Source of the DNA: Candidatus Latescibacterota bacterium
Lineage (GTDB): Bacteria > Latescibacterota > UBA2968 > GCA-2709665
Direction of reading: 5' to 3'
Length of the DNA stretch: 64,000 nucleotides
Assembly: GCA_965248435.1 (NCBI GenBank)
Contig: OZ252100.1
Span: 768,001 to 832,000 of the forward strand
The position numbers were made by a program, and so were the translations under genes. The notes below the pieces were generated by a model that searched no databases, was not told the DNA's origin, and saw nothing but the letters and a program-made list of their open reading frames with translations. This document shows positions 18,185 through 27,167 of the stretch, one piece after another (positions within the stretch are counted from its first letter, which is position 1; each line of letters starts with the position of its first letter).

Positions 18185-18352
18185 CACCCCTCCTGTTCCA
18201 TCGGATACTTCAGCCCCCACTGCGAGCGGATCCGGTCCAGGATTGCCATAACCCCCAAGGTCTCGTCTAAGGGCATAATCTCGCTCTCCAGCCTGGCTTC
18301 CCGCAGGCAGCGCATGACCTCGGCGGGTTCGTAATGGAAGCCGTTGCCCTCC
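18184..18352 (-). pseudogene. C-terminal remnant of a second Gfo/Idh/MocA oxidoreductase
   Basis: GFHYEPAEVMRCL..LES..MPLDETL.VM..LD.IR.QWGLKYP; N-terminal part absent. Confidence 0.65.
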
Positions 18353-18576
18353 AGAGAGTCCTTCGGCGAATTTATGGGCGATCTTTCCGGTGCCGAGTAT
18401 CCCCCCCAGCGAATAGGCATCATCACACTCCCTTCCGGCACAGGTATATCACAGTCCAGGCCGCTTTCGGCCTTGAATTTCTGGATCTCTTGGCGAACCT
18501 ATCGAATCGGGTCTGATTTGAGCGTGTCCCATTTTCAGATGGGGGTTTGGGATATCGGGCAGGCTGAATCTCTACC

Positions 18577-20643
18577 TCAGGAGGTCTCGAACAGGCCGAC
18601 GAGCCCTTCCAGGGAATTGACGGCGGGAACGCCATGCTGGCGGAAGCTTCTCCGGGAGATCTGGTCCCTCGAAATCCCGACGAACTTCAGGTCCTTATCC
18701 CGCGCCAGATAATAATCCCTCAAACTGTCGCCTACAAAGAGCACTTCGTCGGGGCGCAGCCTGTACCCCTGGAGGATGAAGGTGAGCTGCGCCGCCTTCG
18801 CACGTCCCGTCTGGTAGCCGGATACGCGGTCTACCAAACCTTCGATCCGGGTCAGACGGGTATATCTGTCGAGCATCTCCTGGTCGGTGCTGCTGCAGAT
18901 AAAGGTCAGCAGATTCTGGTGCCTGAAAAACTCTAGCGCCGGAATGGCGTAGGAAAAGAGGGGGTGATTGAAGATATCCTCAACTTTGCGCGATTCAAAA
19001 TGCGCAGCTACCTCTGCGTTTTCCAAGTGGTTCGGGAAGATCTCCTCCAACTGGCTTGCAAAGTCCAAACCGGCGGTCTCTAAGTAGCGCCTGCGCGCCT
19101 CGTCCGCTGCGAGATGGTAGTTCCGGGTGATGAGACCGACGGCTAAGTCGGTGAGGAAAGGCATGGTGTCAGCGACGGTGCCGTCGAAGTCGAAGACAAC
19201 TGCTTTGAGGTCGCGGATAACCAGACGGCCGGGCGTTTGGCTGCCTGCTTTGAGGGAGCGGCCCGGCGTTTGCGCAACCTTCCAGGAATGCAGCATTCGC
19301 CACACCACAATGAGGTTGGTGTGGACAGCCGTGAGGACCAGCCCCAGCAAGGCAAAGGCCGGGTGGAAGTAGGCCATAGTCCCGCACAGGAAGAACACAA
19401 AAAGCCGGAGATCCCGTCCTCTGCCGGCGGCTATCCACTTGCCTTTGTAGCGGTAGTTAAGGTTGACCACCGATTTTGCGGAGGTATAACTGACCATGAG
19501 GTGGCCCACAATGGCCAGGATGGAGATGGTGAAGATCAGAAAAGGACTCCAGGTAATGCCGGCGATCTTCTGACCTGCCAGCCGGTCCAGGGCGTAGTAG
19601 GCCAGTCCGGCGAACATCAAGGAGTCCGCATAGCGGTCCATGACCGCATCTAAGTAATCCCCCATCTGGGACTGGAGGTGTTTGAGACGGGCGACCTCTC
19701 CGTCACTCCCGTCTAAGATACTTGCCAGTTGCAGCAGCACCGCGCCGGCCACTGCCTGGCCCAGGAAGAAGCACAGGCTGCTCACCAGCGCCACCAGAAA
19801 GCCGACCACAGAGACCTGGTTGGGCGTGATCTGTGGGTATACCTTCAGGCAGAGAGGGGTGAAGATCCGGCTTGAAATTTTCCGGTTGATATGGCGGGAG
19901 ACCCAGCCGTCTGCGGATTTTGTCGAAAGGCCGGACAAGAGAATTTTCTCAGCTCGCACGAGGCCGTCTTCATCGTCTATATCCACCCAGAAGCGCCCCG
20001 TTATGTTGAAGGGGCGGACGGCGCTCTGGTCCGACAAAACCCGTATTGCCGCGGTGAGGGTGCTGTCACCGCGGAGGTCGATGGAGGTCCTGATGGCTTT
20101 GAAAATGGCCGGCGAACAAAGAAAGATACCTGTGTCATAGGCGTTATACGGAGTAATCTGCTTGCCTATATCCACGATCTTGTCACCGTGGGTGAGGACC
20201 TTCGTCACATCCTCCAGATCAACCCTGCCATTAGGCGAAAGGTCTCGATCAACGGCCAGACAGACCTCCCCTTCATCTATGCGCTCATCCTGCAATCTGC
20301 TGAGGATGTCCTCGTCAAAAACGTGGTCGGCCATAAGCAGGATGAAGTTCTCGTTCAGCAGATGGGCTGCCTTAAGGACGGAAAGGCCGTTTCCTGCCTC
20401 CCAATCTTCATTCGTAATTGAGGTAATGCGAACGTTCATGGTTTGGCTGAGCGAATCCAGGAAGCGCCTGACTTCCCTTCCCTTATAGCCTGTAACGACA
20501 CAAAAATCTCTCAGGCCGCTTTTTGTCGCCGTACGGATTGTCCGCTCGATGAGTGGCATTCCAAGAAGAGGGACGAGGGGCTTTGGAAGGCCTTTGCAGG
20601 ATAGTCTGGTTCCCTTTCCAGCTGCGATGATGAGGCATTTCAA
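18577..20643 (-). CDS. NTP-transferase / CDP-alcohol phosphotransferase / HAD phosphatase fusion (IPCT/DIPPS-like)
   Basis: IIAAGKGTRL..PKPL; DGWVSRHINRKIS..TPNQ..DGSDGEVAR..G.YLD..DRY; FDFDGT..GDS..D. Confidence 0.85.
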   Translation of the reverse strand: MKCLIIAAGKGTRLSCKGLPKPLVPLLGMPLIERTIRTATKSGLRDFCVVTGYKGREVRRFLDSLSQTMNVRITSITNEDWEAGNGLSVLKAAHLLNENFILLMADHVFDEDILSRLQDERIDEGEVCLAVDRDLSPNGRVDLEDVTKVLTHGDKIVDIGKQITPYNAYDTGIFLCSPAIFKAIRTSIDLRGDSTLTAAIRVLSDQSAVRPFNITGRFWVDIDDEDGLVRAEKILLSGLSTKSADGWVSRHINRKISSRIFTPLCLKVYPQITPNQVSVVGFLVALVSSLCFFLGQAVAGAVLLQLASILDGSDGEVARLKHLQSQMGDYLDAVMDRYADSLMFAGLAYYALDRLAGQKIAGITWSPFLIFTISILAIVGHLMVSYTSAKSVVNLNYRYKGKWIAAGRGRDLRLFVFFLCGTMAYFHPAFALLGLVLTAVHTNLIVVWRMLHSWKVAQTPGRSLKAGSQTPGRLVIRDLKAVVFDFDGTVADTMPFLTDLAVGLITRNYHLAADEARRRYLETAGLDFASQLEEIFPNHLENAEVAAHFESRKVEDIFNHPLFSYAIPALEFFRHQNLLTFICSSTDQEMLDRYTRLTRIEGLVDRVSGYQTGRAKAAQLTFILQGYRLRPDEVLFVGDSLRDYYLARDKDLKFVGISRDQISRRSFRQHGVPAVNSLEGLVGLFETS

Positions 20644-21150
20644 GGGATCGATCTATTCCTCCCTCCCGCTGGTGTTACAATTTTGCGCAAATGCAAATTT
20701 CTCGAGGATATGCGAGCTTCACGCTCTTGCGTAAGAAATTCCAATACTCTACTGAGGGAGTGTGAAAGAGCCCCGTAGTTCATACACGGTCCCCTCCAGG
20801 TCGTTAGCCAACGCCCGTCAAGGTAAACATCTAACGGCCTTTTATGTTTTCCGCGCTTTAGGATGAGGAAGTTTGTAAAAAAAAAACCCCCACATGCCAA
20901 AGATTTCGTCTTTGGCAGTGCAGCGGTCTCCTTTCTAAGCGGAATGTCTCGTCGCTGGGGGGGTCCCCATCAGTCCCGATCATTCAAAGAAAATTTGCCA
21001 TCTCTGCCTCCGAACACTTTCGGACGAACTCCAGGGGAAAATATGGAAGCCGCCCACAAATTAAGCCGCAATCGATAGGCCTCCGCAGGTAAAAACAGAA
21101 GCCTCCTCTTTCGGGCTGTAGGTATCCATTACATTATTTAAGCCATCCAC

Positions 21151-21179
21151 TATATAAAAAATCAGCCGACCCTTGTCAA
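21151..21179 (-). promoter_or_regulatory. Sigma70-like promoter about 500 bp upstream of the IPCT/DIPPS-HAD gene
   Basis: TTGACA-N17-TATATA. Confidence 0.45.
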
Positions 21180-21626
21180 GAAGAAATGGGACCCCTTTTC
21201 ACAGGACTGAATTGGCCACGCCAGACAGGTGCACGGCGTAAGAATTTGGCCTTTGGCCCCGGCGTTTCACAATGCGCTCGAAGTACCGATCCACCCTTCT
21301 GCCCGCGAAAGCCGCCGCCCCCCCTACAAACTTGGGGTCCTTACGACGAATCAGTTTTCACAATTCCGCACCTTGACCCGGCGTTCTTGTCGGGACGTGC
21401 GGCTATTGGTTTTGTGCAGCATTGAAAAGAGGTGATGGCCGCAAGGTTGACGATCGGGCGAAGAAGAACTAAGGAACTCATCGGTTACATGCTTGAAGCC
21501 TTCTATCCCATTTCTGAGTTAGTCTGCCGATCTTCCTGAACATCCTCCGCAGGTCTTTCCTGATGTCGTCGGACATTCTCTCACCCTTTTCTAAAACAAG
21601 GAGTCTGTCCCTTTCTAAGCCGTTGA

Positions 21627-21869
21627 TTATTGCATCTCTTGAATTTGTTTATAACCCATTTCTGTCAGACCATACCCCAATGGATCACGACGGGTGATAT
21701 ATCCTGACTCCATCAGACTTTTGATGATCGCCTCCCAGTGGTCTCGTACATTCTTGGACAATTTAGCCCGTTCCTCATTCAGGATCGAAATGGCAAGGTA
21801 GTCCCCCTTGGTGATTTTGTGCTCTTTGAAAACGTTCATTACTGCGCGTTGTTCAGGTGTGAGTTCCAT
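21627..21869 (-). CDS. Small hypothetical protein (possible winged-helix)
   Basis: MELTPEQRAV..LMESGYI..YGLTEMG; GGAG RBS. Confidence 0.5.
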   Translation of the reverse strand: MELTPEQRAVMNVFKEHKITKGDYLAISILNEERAKLSKNVRDHWEAIIKSLMESGYITRRDPLGYGLTEMGYKQIQEMQ

Positions 21870-22036
21870 ATCCCGCTCCTGCAAGAAGCTCGAAACGACC
21901 ACCGTGAAAAGCCCGACGGACCGCAGACCGCGACAGGGATTTTGCCAGCCCGGCCCGTCGATGATGAACTCGAGTTGATCAAAGACCAACGCCCAAGCTT
22001 GGGTAACAGGCGGCATCCGCACAACTTGAGGCCACC

Positions 22037-22322
22037 TTAGACCAACCTCCAGAACATCGCTCTCTGCTCCTCAGCAGGCAGTTTCACCAGCTCCCGGAGT
22101 TTCCTCTGCATCCAGGCCTAACAGAAAATCCTGGATATCCTGATCCAGTTTGAGGAGATCCAAAACCTGGGTGATCCGTGCCCTAGACACACCTTCCTGA
22201 CGAGCCAGGGCAGCTCGGCTCGTGACCTCTCCCTGATCAAGAATAGACTTGCAGCGGATAGCTTCTCGAAGTGGATTCGTGAAGAACCGAGGCCGTTCTT
22301 CCGCCGGATGCCCCATCATGAT
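22037..22322 (-). pseudogene. HTH protein fragment, copy 2, with internal deletion
   Basis: Nucleotide near-duplicate of 16852-17075, lacking ~30 bp. Confidence 0.6.
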
Positions 22323-22625
22323 GACAGCTCGCCGATTCCTAGCGGTCTGATAAACAGGACACTTATCTCGAACAACCAAGGGTTCAGTGAGAGTAACACC
22401 TGGGGAGCCGGAATACAAAAGGGACCGTGATTTGATCACGGTCCCTTTTCTTACTTGCACGGCCAAGTCGCGGCCCTTGATGGGATGTGGAGCCGCATAA
22501 GCTTGACGTTCTGCCGAACTTGAGGGGCTGTCGGAAGCGTTGAGTTTCGGGATGGAAACGATTGGTATGACGATTTGACCGCAACCAACCCGCTGTGATC
22601 GATAGCCTCCGCTATGCTGCCGGTC

Positions 22626-23291
22626 CTATGGCATCTCCCCGCCCACTGCCAAGGCCTCCTTAGCGCTCTGCCCCGCGGCGAATGCTGCGTTTACGCCGTG
22701 TTCCCATTCTCTGATCGCCTGGGCCTTGGCGACGACGTCGCTAAGCTCCTCCGGACGAACGACGATCACGCCGTCATTGTCCCCGACGACAACGTCACCG
22801 GCGTAGATCGTTCGGGCGCCGATGACCACGGGTTCGTTGGCCGCAACGGCCAAGGCTTTGCCGTGGATGTATCCTGGCGCAATCATTCGGGAAAACACCG
22901 GGAACTTCATGTCGCGAAGGTCATGGCTGTCTCTGGCCGCCCCCTCGATCAGGGCCCCGACGAAACCATGGGCGCGAGCAAGAGTAGCGCCGCCCTCGCC
23001 CACAATCCCATATCCGCGTAACTCCTCGGGCACCTGGATGACCATGATCGAGTAAGATTCTAGAGACTGGGACTCGTACGTGTCTGCGAGCAACGCCAAA
23101 TCGGCCGGAAATTCGTCTGTCGCCATTTCGAGGCGGACGGTGACGGCCGTGCCCGCCATCCGCGTGAACGGCACCGCCGGCCTGATACCCGGATCAAGAT
23201 GACTTTCAGACAATCCCAGTCGGACTCTCGCGTCAACCAGCAGCGGAGTTGAGAGGCTTAGTAGCTTCTCGCGCAGTTGCAGACTCAGCAT
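22626..23291 (-). CDS. RraA / HMG-aldolase family protein
   Basis: GTAVTV, G.VGE, EGAARD, GDVVVGDNDGVIVV. Confidence 0.85.
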   Translation of the reverse strand: MLSLQLREKLLSLSTPLLVDARVRLGLSESHLDPGIRPAVPFTRMAGTAVTVRLEMATDEFPADLALLADTYESQSLESYSIMVIQVPEELRGYGIVGEGGATLARAHGFVGALIEGAARDSHDLRDMKFPVFSRMIAPGYIHGKALAVAANEPVVIGARTIYAGDVVVGDNDGVIVVRPEELSDVVAKAQAIREWEHGVNAAFAAGQSAKEALAVGGEMP

Positions 23292-23319
23292 TCAGCGCAT
23301 CCTGCATAAGCATCTGGTG

Positions 23320-23379
23320 GTCCAACGTTCAAGCTCAGCGGCGCCGCTTGTCGGCGTCCACTGCAGCGCCGTGTTCTGT
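23320..23379 (-). mobile_element. attC-like integron recombination site
   Basis: Minus strand: ACAGAAC ACGGCGCTGCAGTGGACGCCG ACAAG CGGCGCCGCTGAGCTTGAAC GTTGGAC. 60 bp, AAC..GTT cores, GTTRRRY, asymmetric L boxes. Confidence 0.65.
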
Positions 23380-23394
23380 GCCGTGGGACCACTA

Positions 23395-23592
23395 TTAAAA
23401 GGTGTCACGCTTAAATTTCAGAGCCTTTGCCCGTTTCCTTGCTGCATCTTTTCGTTTTCGTTTCTTTTTCACTGAAGGCTTTTCGTAGTATCTTTTTGCT
23501 CTTATATCCTTCAAAAGGCCTTCCTTCTGGGCTTTGCGCTTAAAAGCCTTAAGTGCTTTTTCGACATTATTCTCGTAAACGGTTATGATCAA
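23395..23592 (-). CDS. rpsU: 30S ribosomal protein bS21
   Basis: NNVEKALKAFKRK..EG..YYEKPS.KKKRK..AARKR. Confidence 0.88.
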   Translation of the reverse strand: MIITVYENNVEKALKAFKRKAQKEGLLKDIRAKRYYEKPSVKKKRKRKDAARKRAKALKFKRDTF

Positions 23593-23826
23593 AAGGGCGC
23601 TCTCTTTCTGGGGAACCATACAGGACCTTGTCCTGAGTGGCCCGCGAAACGGCCGTATCGAAGGGCCTGACCCGGCAGGGTTTAAGCGCGCCGGCGCCAG
23701 AATATCAAAGGGATCGTGATTCGTCACGATCCCTTTTCTTGTTCGCACAGCCACCTCGAATGCAAGTTGCTGTGCGCTGTCACAATTCTACTGCCGTGCG
23801 CTGCGTCTCCCGGTGCCGCAACCTGG

Positions 23827-24486
23827 CTATTTCGGCTGGGGCACGATTCGAATATACGGCAGCGGTGACTTCCAGCCGTCTGGATATTTCTTTTCGGCCT
23901 CCTCGTTCGACACCGACGGAAGGATGATCACGTCGTCGCCCTGCTTCCAGTTAACGGGGGTAGCCACCTGCTTCGTCGCGGTGAGCTGGCAGGAATCGAC
24001 CAGGCGCAGGATTTCGTCGAAGTTACGGCCGGTGCTCATCGGATAGGTGAGCGTGGCCTTGATTTTCTTGTCAGGCCCGATGATGAACACTGACCTTGCG
24101 GTCGCGTTGTCAACCGGGGTCCTGCCTTCGGACGTATCGCCCGCATCGGCCGGCAGCATGTCGTAGGCCTTGACGACCTTCAGCTCGGGATCGCCGACCA
24201 ACGGATAGTTGAGCGGGTGGCCCTGCGAGGCCTCGATGTCCTTCGACCACTTCTTGTGGTCGCTGACGCCGTCGACGCTGATCCCCAGGACCTTGCAGTT
24301 GCGTTTCTTGAAATCGGGCTGGAGACCGGCCACGGCGCCAAGTTCGGTCGTGCACACCGGTGTGAAATCTTTCGGATGCGAAAACAGGACCGCCCAGCCG
24401 TCGCCGATCCACTCGTGAAAGTTGATCGCGCCTTCCGTCGTCTCGGCGGTGAAATTCGGGGCTTCGTCGTTGATTCTGAGTGACAC
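23827..24486 (-). CDS. 1-Cys peroxiredoxin (Prx6)
   Basis: FSHPKDFTPVCTTE, YP.STGRNFDE, ATPVNW. Confidence 0.95.
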   Translation of the reverse strand: MSLRINDEAPNFTAETTEGAINFHEWIGDGWAVLFSHPKDFTPVCTTELGAVAGLQPDFKKRNCKVLGISVDGVSDHKKWSKDIEASQGHPLNYPLVGDPELKVVKAYDMLPADAGDTSEGRTPVDNATARSVFIIGPDKKIKATLTYPMSTGRNFDEILRLVDSCQLTATKQVATPVNWKQGDDVIILPSVSNEEAEKKYPDGWKSPLPYIRIVPQPK

Positions 24487-24662
24487 GGTGTCCTCCTGGG
24501 CTTTTGGGGATGTGGGGATTGTGTCTTGAGATTTCGGTCAATCAATGGTGAGTTACAGCGCTGGATTGCTCACTCACCCCACAATGTAACTTTCTATACC
24601 CATCATTCCCAGCTAAATCTACGCCGACCCTAAGCGGGGTCAGGGGATCTTTCTCCTCATCG

Positions 24663-24802
24663 GACCCACCCCTGAATCCCCTCCAAGGAGGGGACCTCAC
24701 ATTCACGTCGCATAACCAAACAGGGTCACCAAATTCCCCTCTTGGGAGGGGTGCCCCGAAGGGCTTGCCCCTACACGATTAAAGCAGGGGGCGGGGTGGG
24801 TT
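24663..24802. repeat. REP-like palindrome pair (CCCCTCCNNGGAGGGG type)
   Basis: cccctccaaggagggga and cccctcttgggagggg; relatives at ~55430, 57050-57130 and 58295-58475. Confidence 0.6.
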
Positions 24803-24826
24803 TGCGAACGACGATCGACGGCCTTA

Positions 24827-25179
24827 ACCATGCCTCCGGTGGTCTACCCTTCGACACATTCGACTCCCTGCGGTCGCTCAGTGCAGGCAAGCTCAGGGCA
24901 TGCTTTTCTTGCTCGCCCAAGAAAAGGCCTACCGCAACCGCTACCCTTGGGCACAGCGCGGCTGTGCCCCTACACTCCAAGATTTCGCCGTAGGGGCGCG
25001 GCACCTCACCTTCAGTGGAAAGGACGGTGGCGGCAATCAGGGCGGGACTCCTGCCCCGCCTGACGCCCACTATGGGACCGGCCCAGAGGGCCTAACCGCG
25101 TGGGAGGTGAAAGAACGAGGTTGCAAGGGAGTCGCACACCGCGGCCCTGAGGGGTTCAAGCGATCTCTTTCGTGAGTTT
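24827..25179. repeat. Dispersed structured non-coding element, copy 1
   Basis: Shares ordered blocks with 55224-55652: GCCTCCGG, CTTTTCTTG..CAAGAAAAG, CGCGGCACCT..TCAGTGGAA, GGAGTCGCACACCGCGGCCC. Confidence 0.75.
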
Positions 25180-25248
25180 GTGCCCGCTGATCCTTCAAAC
25201 GAAATAAATATATTCAATGACTTTTAACTTCCTGGAATCGGAATAGAC

Positions 25249-25277
25249 TTGACTAAGTCCTCGACTTAGTCTATATT
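25249..25277 (+). promoter_or_regulatory. Promoter and operator palindrome of the TA operon
   Basis: TTGACT-N17-TATATT overlapped by GACTAAGTC-CTC-GACTTAGTC. Confidence 0.7.
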
Positions 25278-25311
25278 TACTTTCTGAAAACTCGAAACGG
25301 AGGAGGCCATT

Positions 25312-25560
25312 GTGATCCAGACAAACATCCACGAAGCCAAGACGAACTTCTCGAAGCTTATCAAGCGGGTGATGACCGGTGAGGAAGTCGTCATCGCTCG
25401 AGCCGGCGAACCTGTAGCCCGACTGGTCCCCGTTAAAGACCGGGCACGCAAGCCGCGGAACCCGGGAAGCGCGGCGGGCGTTTTCCGGATCGCCGAAGAC
25501 TTCGACGCTCCGCTTCCCGAAGATATCCAGGCGTCATTTGAGGGCTCGACGACCAAATGA
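25312..25560 (+). CDS. Phd/YefM antitoxin
   Basis: NIHEAKTNFSKL..GEEV.I..G.PVARLVP. Confidence 0.92.
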   Translation: MIQTNIHEAKTNFSKLIKRVMTGEEVVIARAGEPVARLVPVKDRARKPRNPGSAAGVFRIAEDFDAPLPEDIQASFEGSTTK

Positions 25561-25943
25561 CCTTCCTGCTCGATACTCACGTTTTTCTCTGGTGGATCTC
25601 CGGCGAGCCGCGTATGTCCAAGCGCGCGGCGGAAACCATTCGGAACCCCGATAGCGAACTGTTCGTCAGCGCCGTGTGCGGATGGGAAATCGCCATTAAG
25701 GCGACGCTGGGTCGGCTTGATCTGCCGTCCTCTCCCCTCGATTTCGTCGCCGAGCACCTCCACCAGAACGACTTCGACGTCCTCCCCATCAGCATGCATC
25801 ATGCACTGAGCGTTCATGACCTCCCTCGGGAACACAGCGATCCTTTCGACAGGCTCCTGATCTCCCAAAGCCTCTGTGAAAACCTTCCCATCATTACCGG
25901 TGATGAGGCATTCAAGCGCTACGACGTGCAAGTTATATGGTAA
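25557..25943 (+). CDS. vapC: VapC (PIN) toxin
   Basis: LLDTHVFLW, WEIAIK, H.DPFDR; ATGA overlap with the antitoxin. Confidence 0.92.
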   Translation: MTFLLDTHVFLWWISGEPRMSKRAAETIRNPDSELFVSAVCGWEIAIKATLGRLDLPSSPLDFVAEHLHQNDFDVLPISMHHALSVHDLPREHSDPFDRLLISQSLCENLPIITGDEAFKRYDVQVIW

Positions 25944-25979
25944 GCGTCCGCCTTGGCACGGCAAGTCGGTTCTGCTCTG

Positions 25980-26738
25980 TCAATTCTTCATAGCAATGCA
26001 GGCTAAGATGGCGATCTCGTGTATCACTGTCCTCTCGGGGCTCTGCTTCAGCTCGTCTTCCACCAGAGCCAGCCCCTCCAGAACCTCCTCCTCTGAAATC
26101 GTCCAGAGTTGAGATGCGTCCCGGTTCCTGAAATGAGCCAGGGCCTCTGACAGTTTCCATTCGGACTTGTCGATCCGAACATCCGCCGAAAACTCCAGCC
26201 CACGACTCTCCAACTCGTCTTGCAGTCTCTCCAGTGACCAGAATCGCCTCAGATCCTGTTCGTAGGTTCCGGGAAAATACTCGTAGTAGATCCAGTTCTG
26301 CATCTTCTGGGGTAGAATATTGGTAATCCTCAGTATCCCACCCCTCGACAGGATTCTTGTCATCTCATCAAGAGATTTCTGTTTGTCGCTGAAATGATGA
26401 AAAGTAAACTCTGTCGTAACGAAGTCGAAGGAGTCGGGTTCGAATGGCTGCGCTTCCGCGAACGCCCTGACGAAGTTGGCCTCTCCTGCAACCTTTTGGC
26501 GTGCAATGGATAGCATATCCAAAGAAGGTTCAAGACCAAACCATTGAATGTTGTGGTCCGTGAAATACCCGACCTGCATTTCCAGATAATTCCCCGTCCC
26601 GCATCCTACGTCGAGTACGGCGAAGGGCTTTTTTACTTCCTGTTTCAGAAGCGACTCTAAAGCAATATCCGGGTATGCCAGGGTCCTTCTGTTCTTGTCG
26701 TATCTTTCGGCGATCTTCGAGTAGTCGACGTTCTGCAC
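25980..26738 (-). CDS. Class I SAM-dependent methyltransferase
   Basis: VLDVGCGTG, PF..DSFD, FHHF. Confidence 0.88.
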   Translation of the reverse strand: MQNVDYSKIAERYDKNRRTLAYPDIALESLLKQEVKKPFAVLDVGCGTGNYLEMQVGYFTDHNIQWFGLEPSLDMLSIARQKVAGEANFVRAFAEAQPFEPDSFDFVTTEFTFHHFSDKQKSLDEMTRILSRGGILRITNILPQKMQNWIYYEYFPGTYEQDLRRFWSLERLQDELESRGLEFSADVRIDKSEWKLSEALAHFRNRDASQLWTISEEEVLEGLALVEDELKQSPERTVIHEIAILACIAMKN

Positions 26739-26759
26739 GGTGGCTCTCCATCCCTGCCT

Positions 26760-27072
26760 CTAACTTTCGGTTCGACGCTCTCTTACATACAGGTACGCCG
26801 GAAGGGCACAGGAAAGTCCGATGATCAGGTTGAGCAGGATGAAGAGGATCGGACTCCGCCCCCTTCCACGACTCTTCTGCTGAAACATCCATATCCAGAA
26901 TATCAGCGAGGTAATGAGCAAGTCCGAGGTGAAACCGCTAGCGGCCGAATTCGCGAACAGGGCAGAGATGAAGCCAAGGAGGTTCACACCTTCGATCGAG
27001 AAATGCTGGATGAAGAAGACGTAGGGTACGACCGCGCCAACGATCGCCATAACTAAGGTACAGGGTCTTCAT
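26760..27072 (-). pseudogene. DUF2834-like membrane protein, 1-bp frameshift near the N-terminus (or start at 27050)
   Basis: RBS GGAGG plus MKTLY is out of frame with MAIVGAVVPY..FANSAASG..DL..GLSCALP.YLY.RE. Confidence 0.55.
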
Positions 27073-27167
27073 CGCTTCCTCCTTCTATCCTCTTCAAGAC
27101 TATTTTTGCCCTGATCCGAACGAGTGCACGCTCTGAGCGGGGCGTGCTAGGATAGGATGTCTTAGGG

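Noticed and set aside
21113-21150. Fluoride riboswitch-like words (GATGG..TAATG..CCTAC)
   Set aside because: Too short, and the pseudoknot pairing is missing.
21478-21576. 32-codon minus-strand ORF MSDDIRKDLRR..
   Set aside because: Plausible RBS but too short to support without homologues.
24990-25150. 6S RNA, cobalamin riboswitch or group II intron identity for the two-copy element
   Set aside because: Only isolated words match; no B12 box, no domain V and no 6S-type central bubble recognised.
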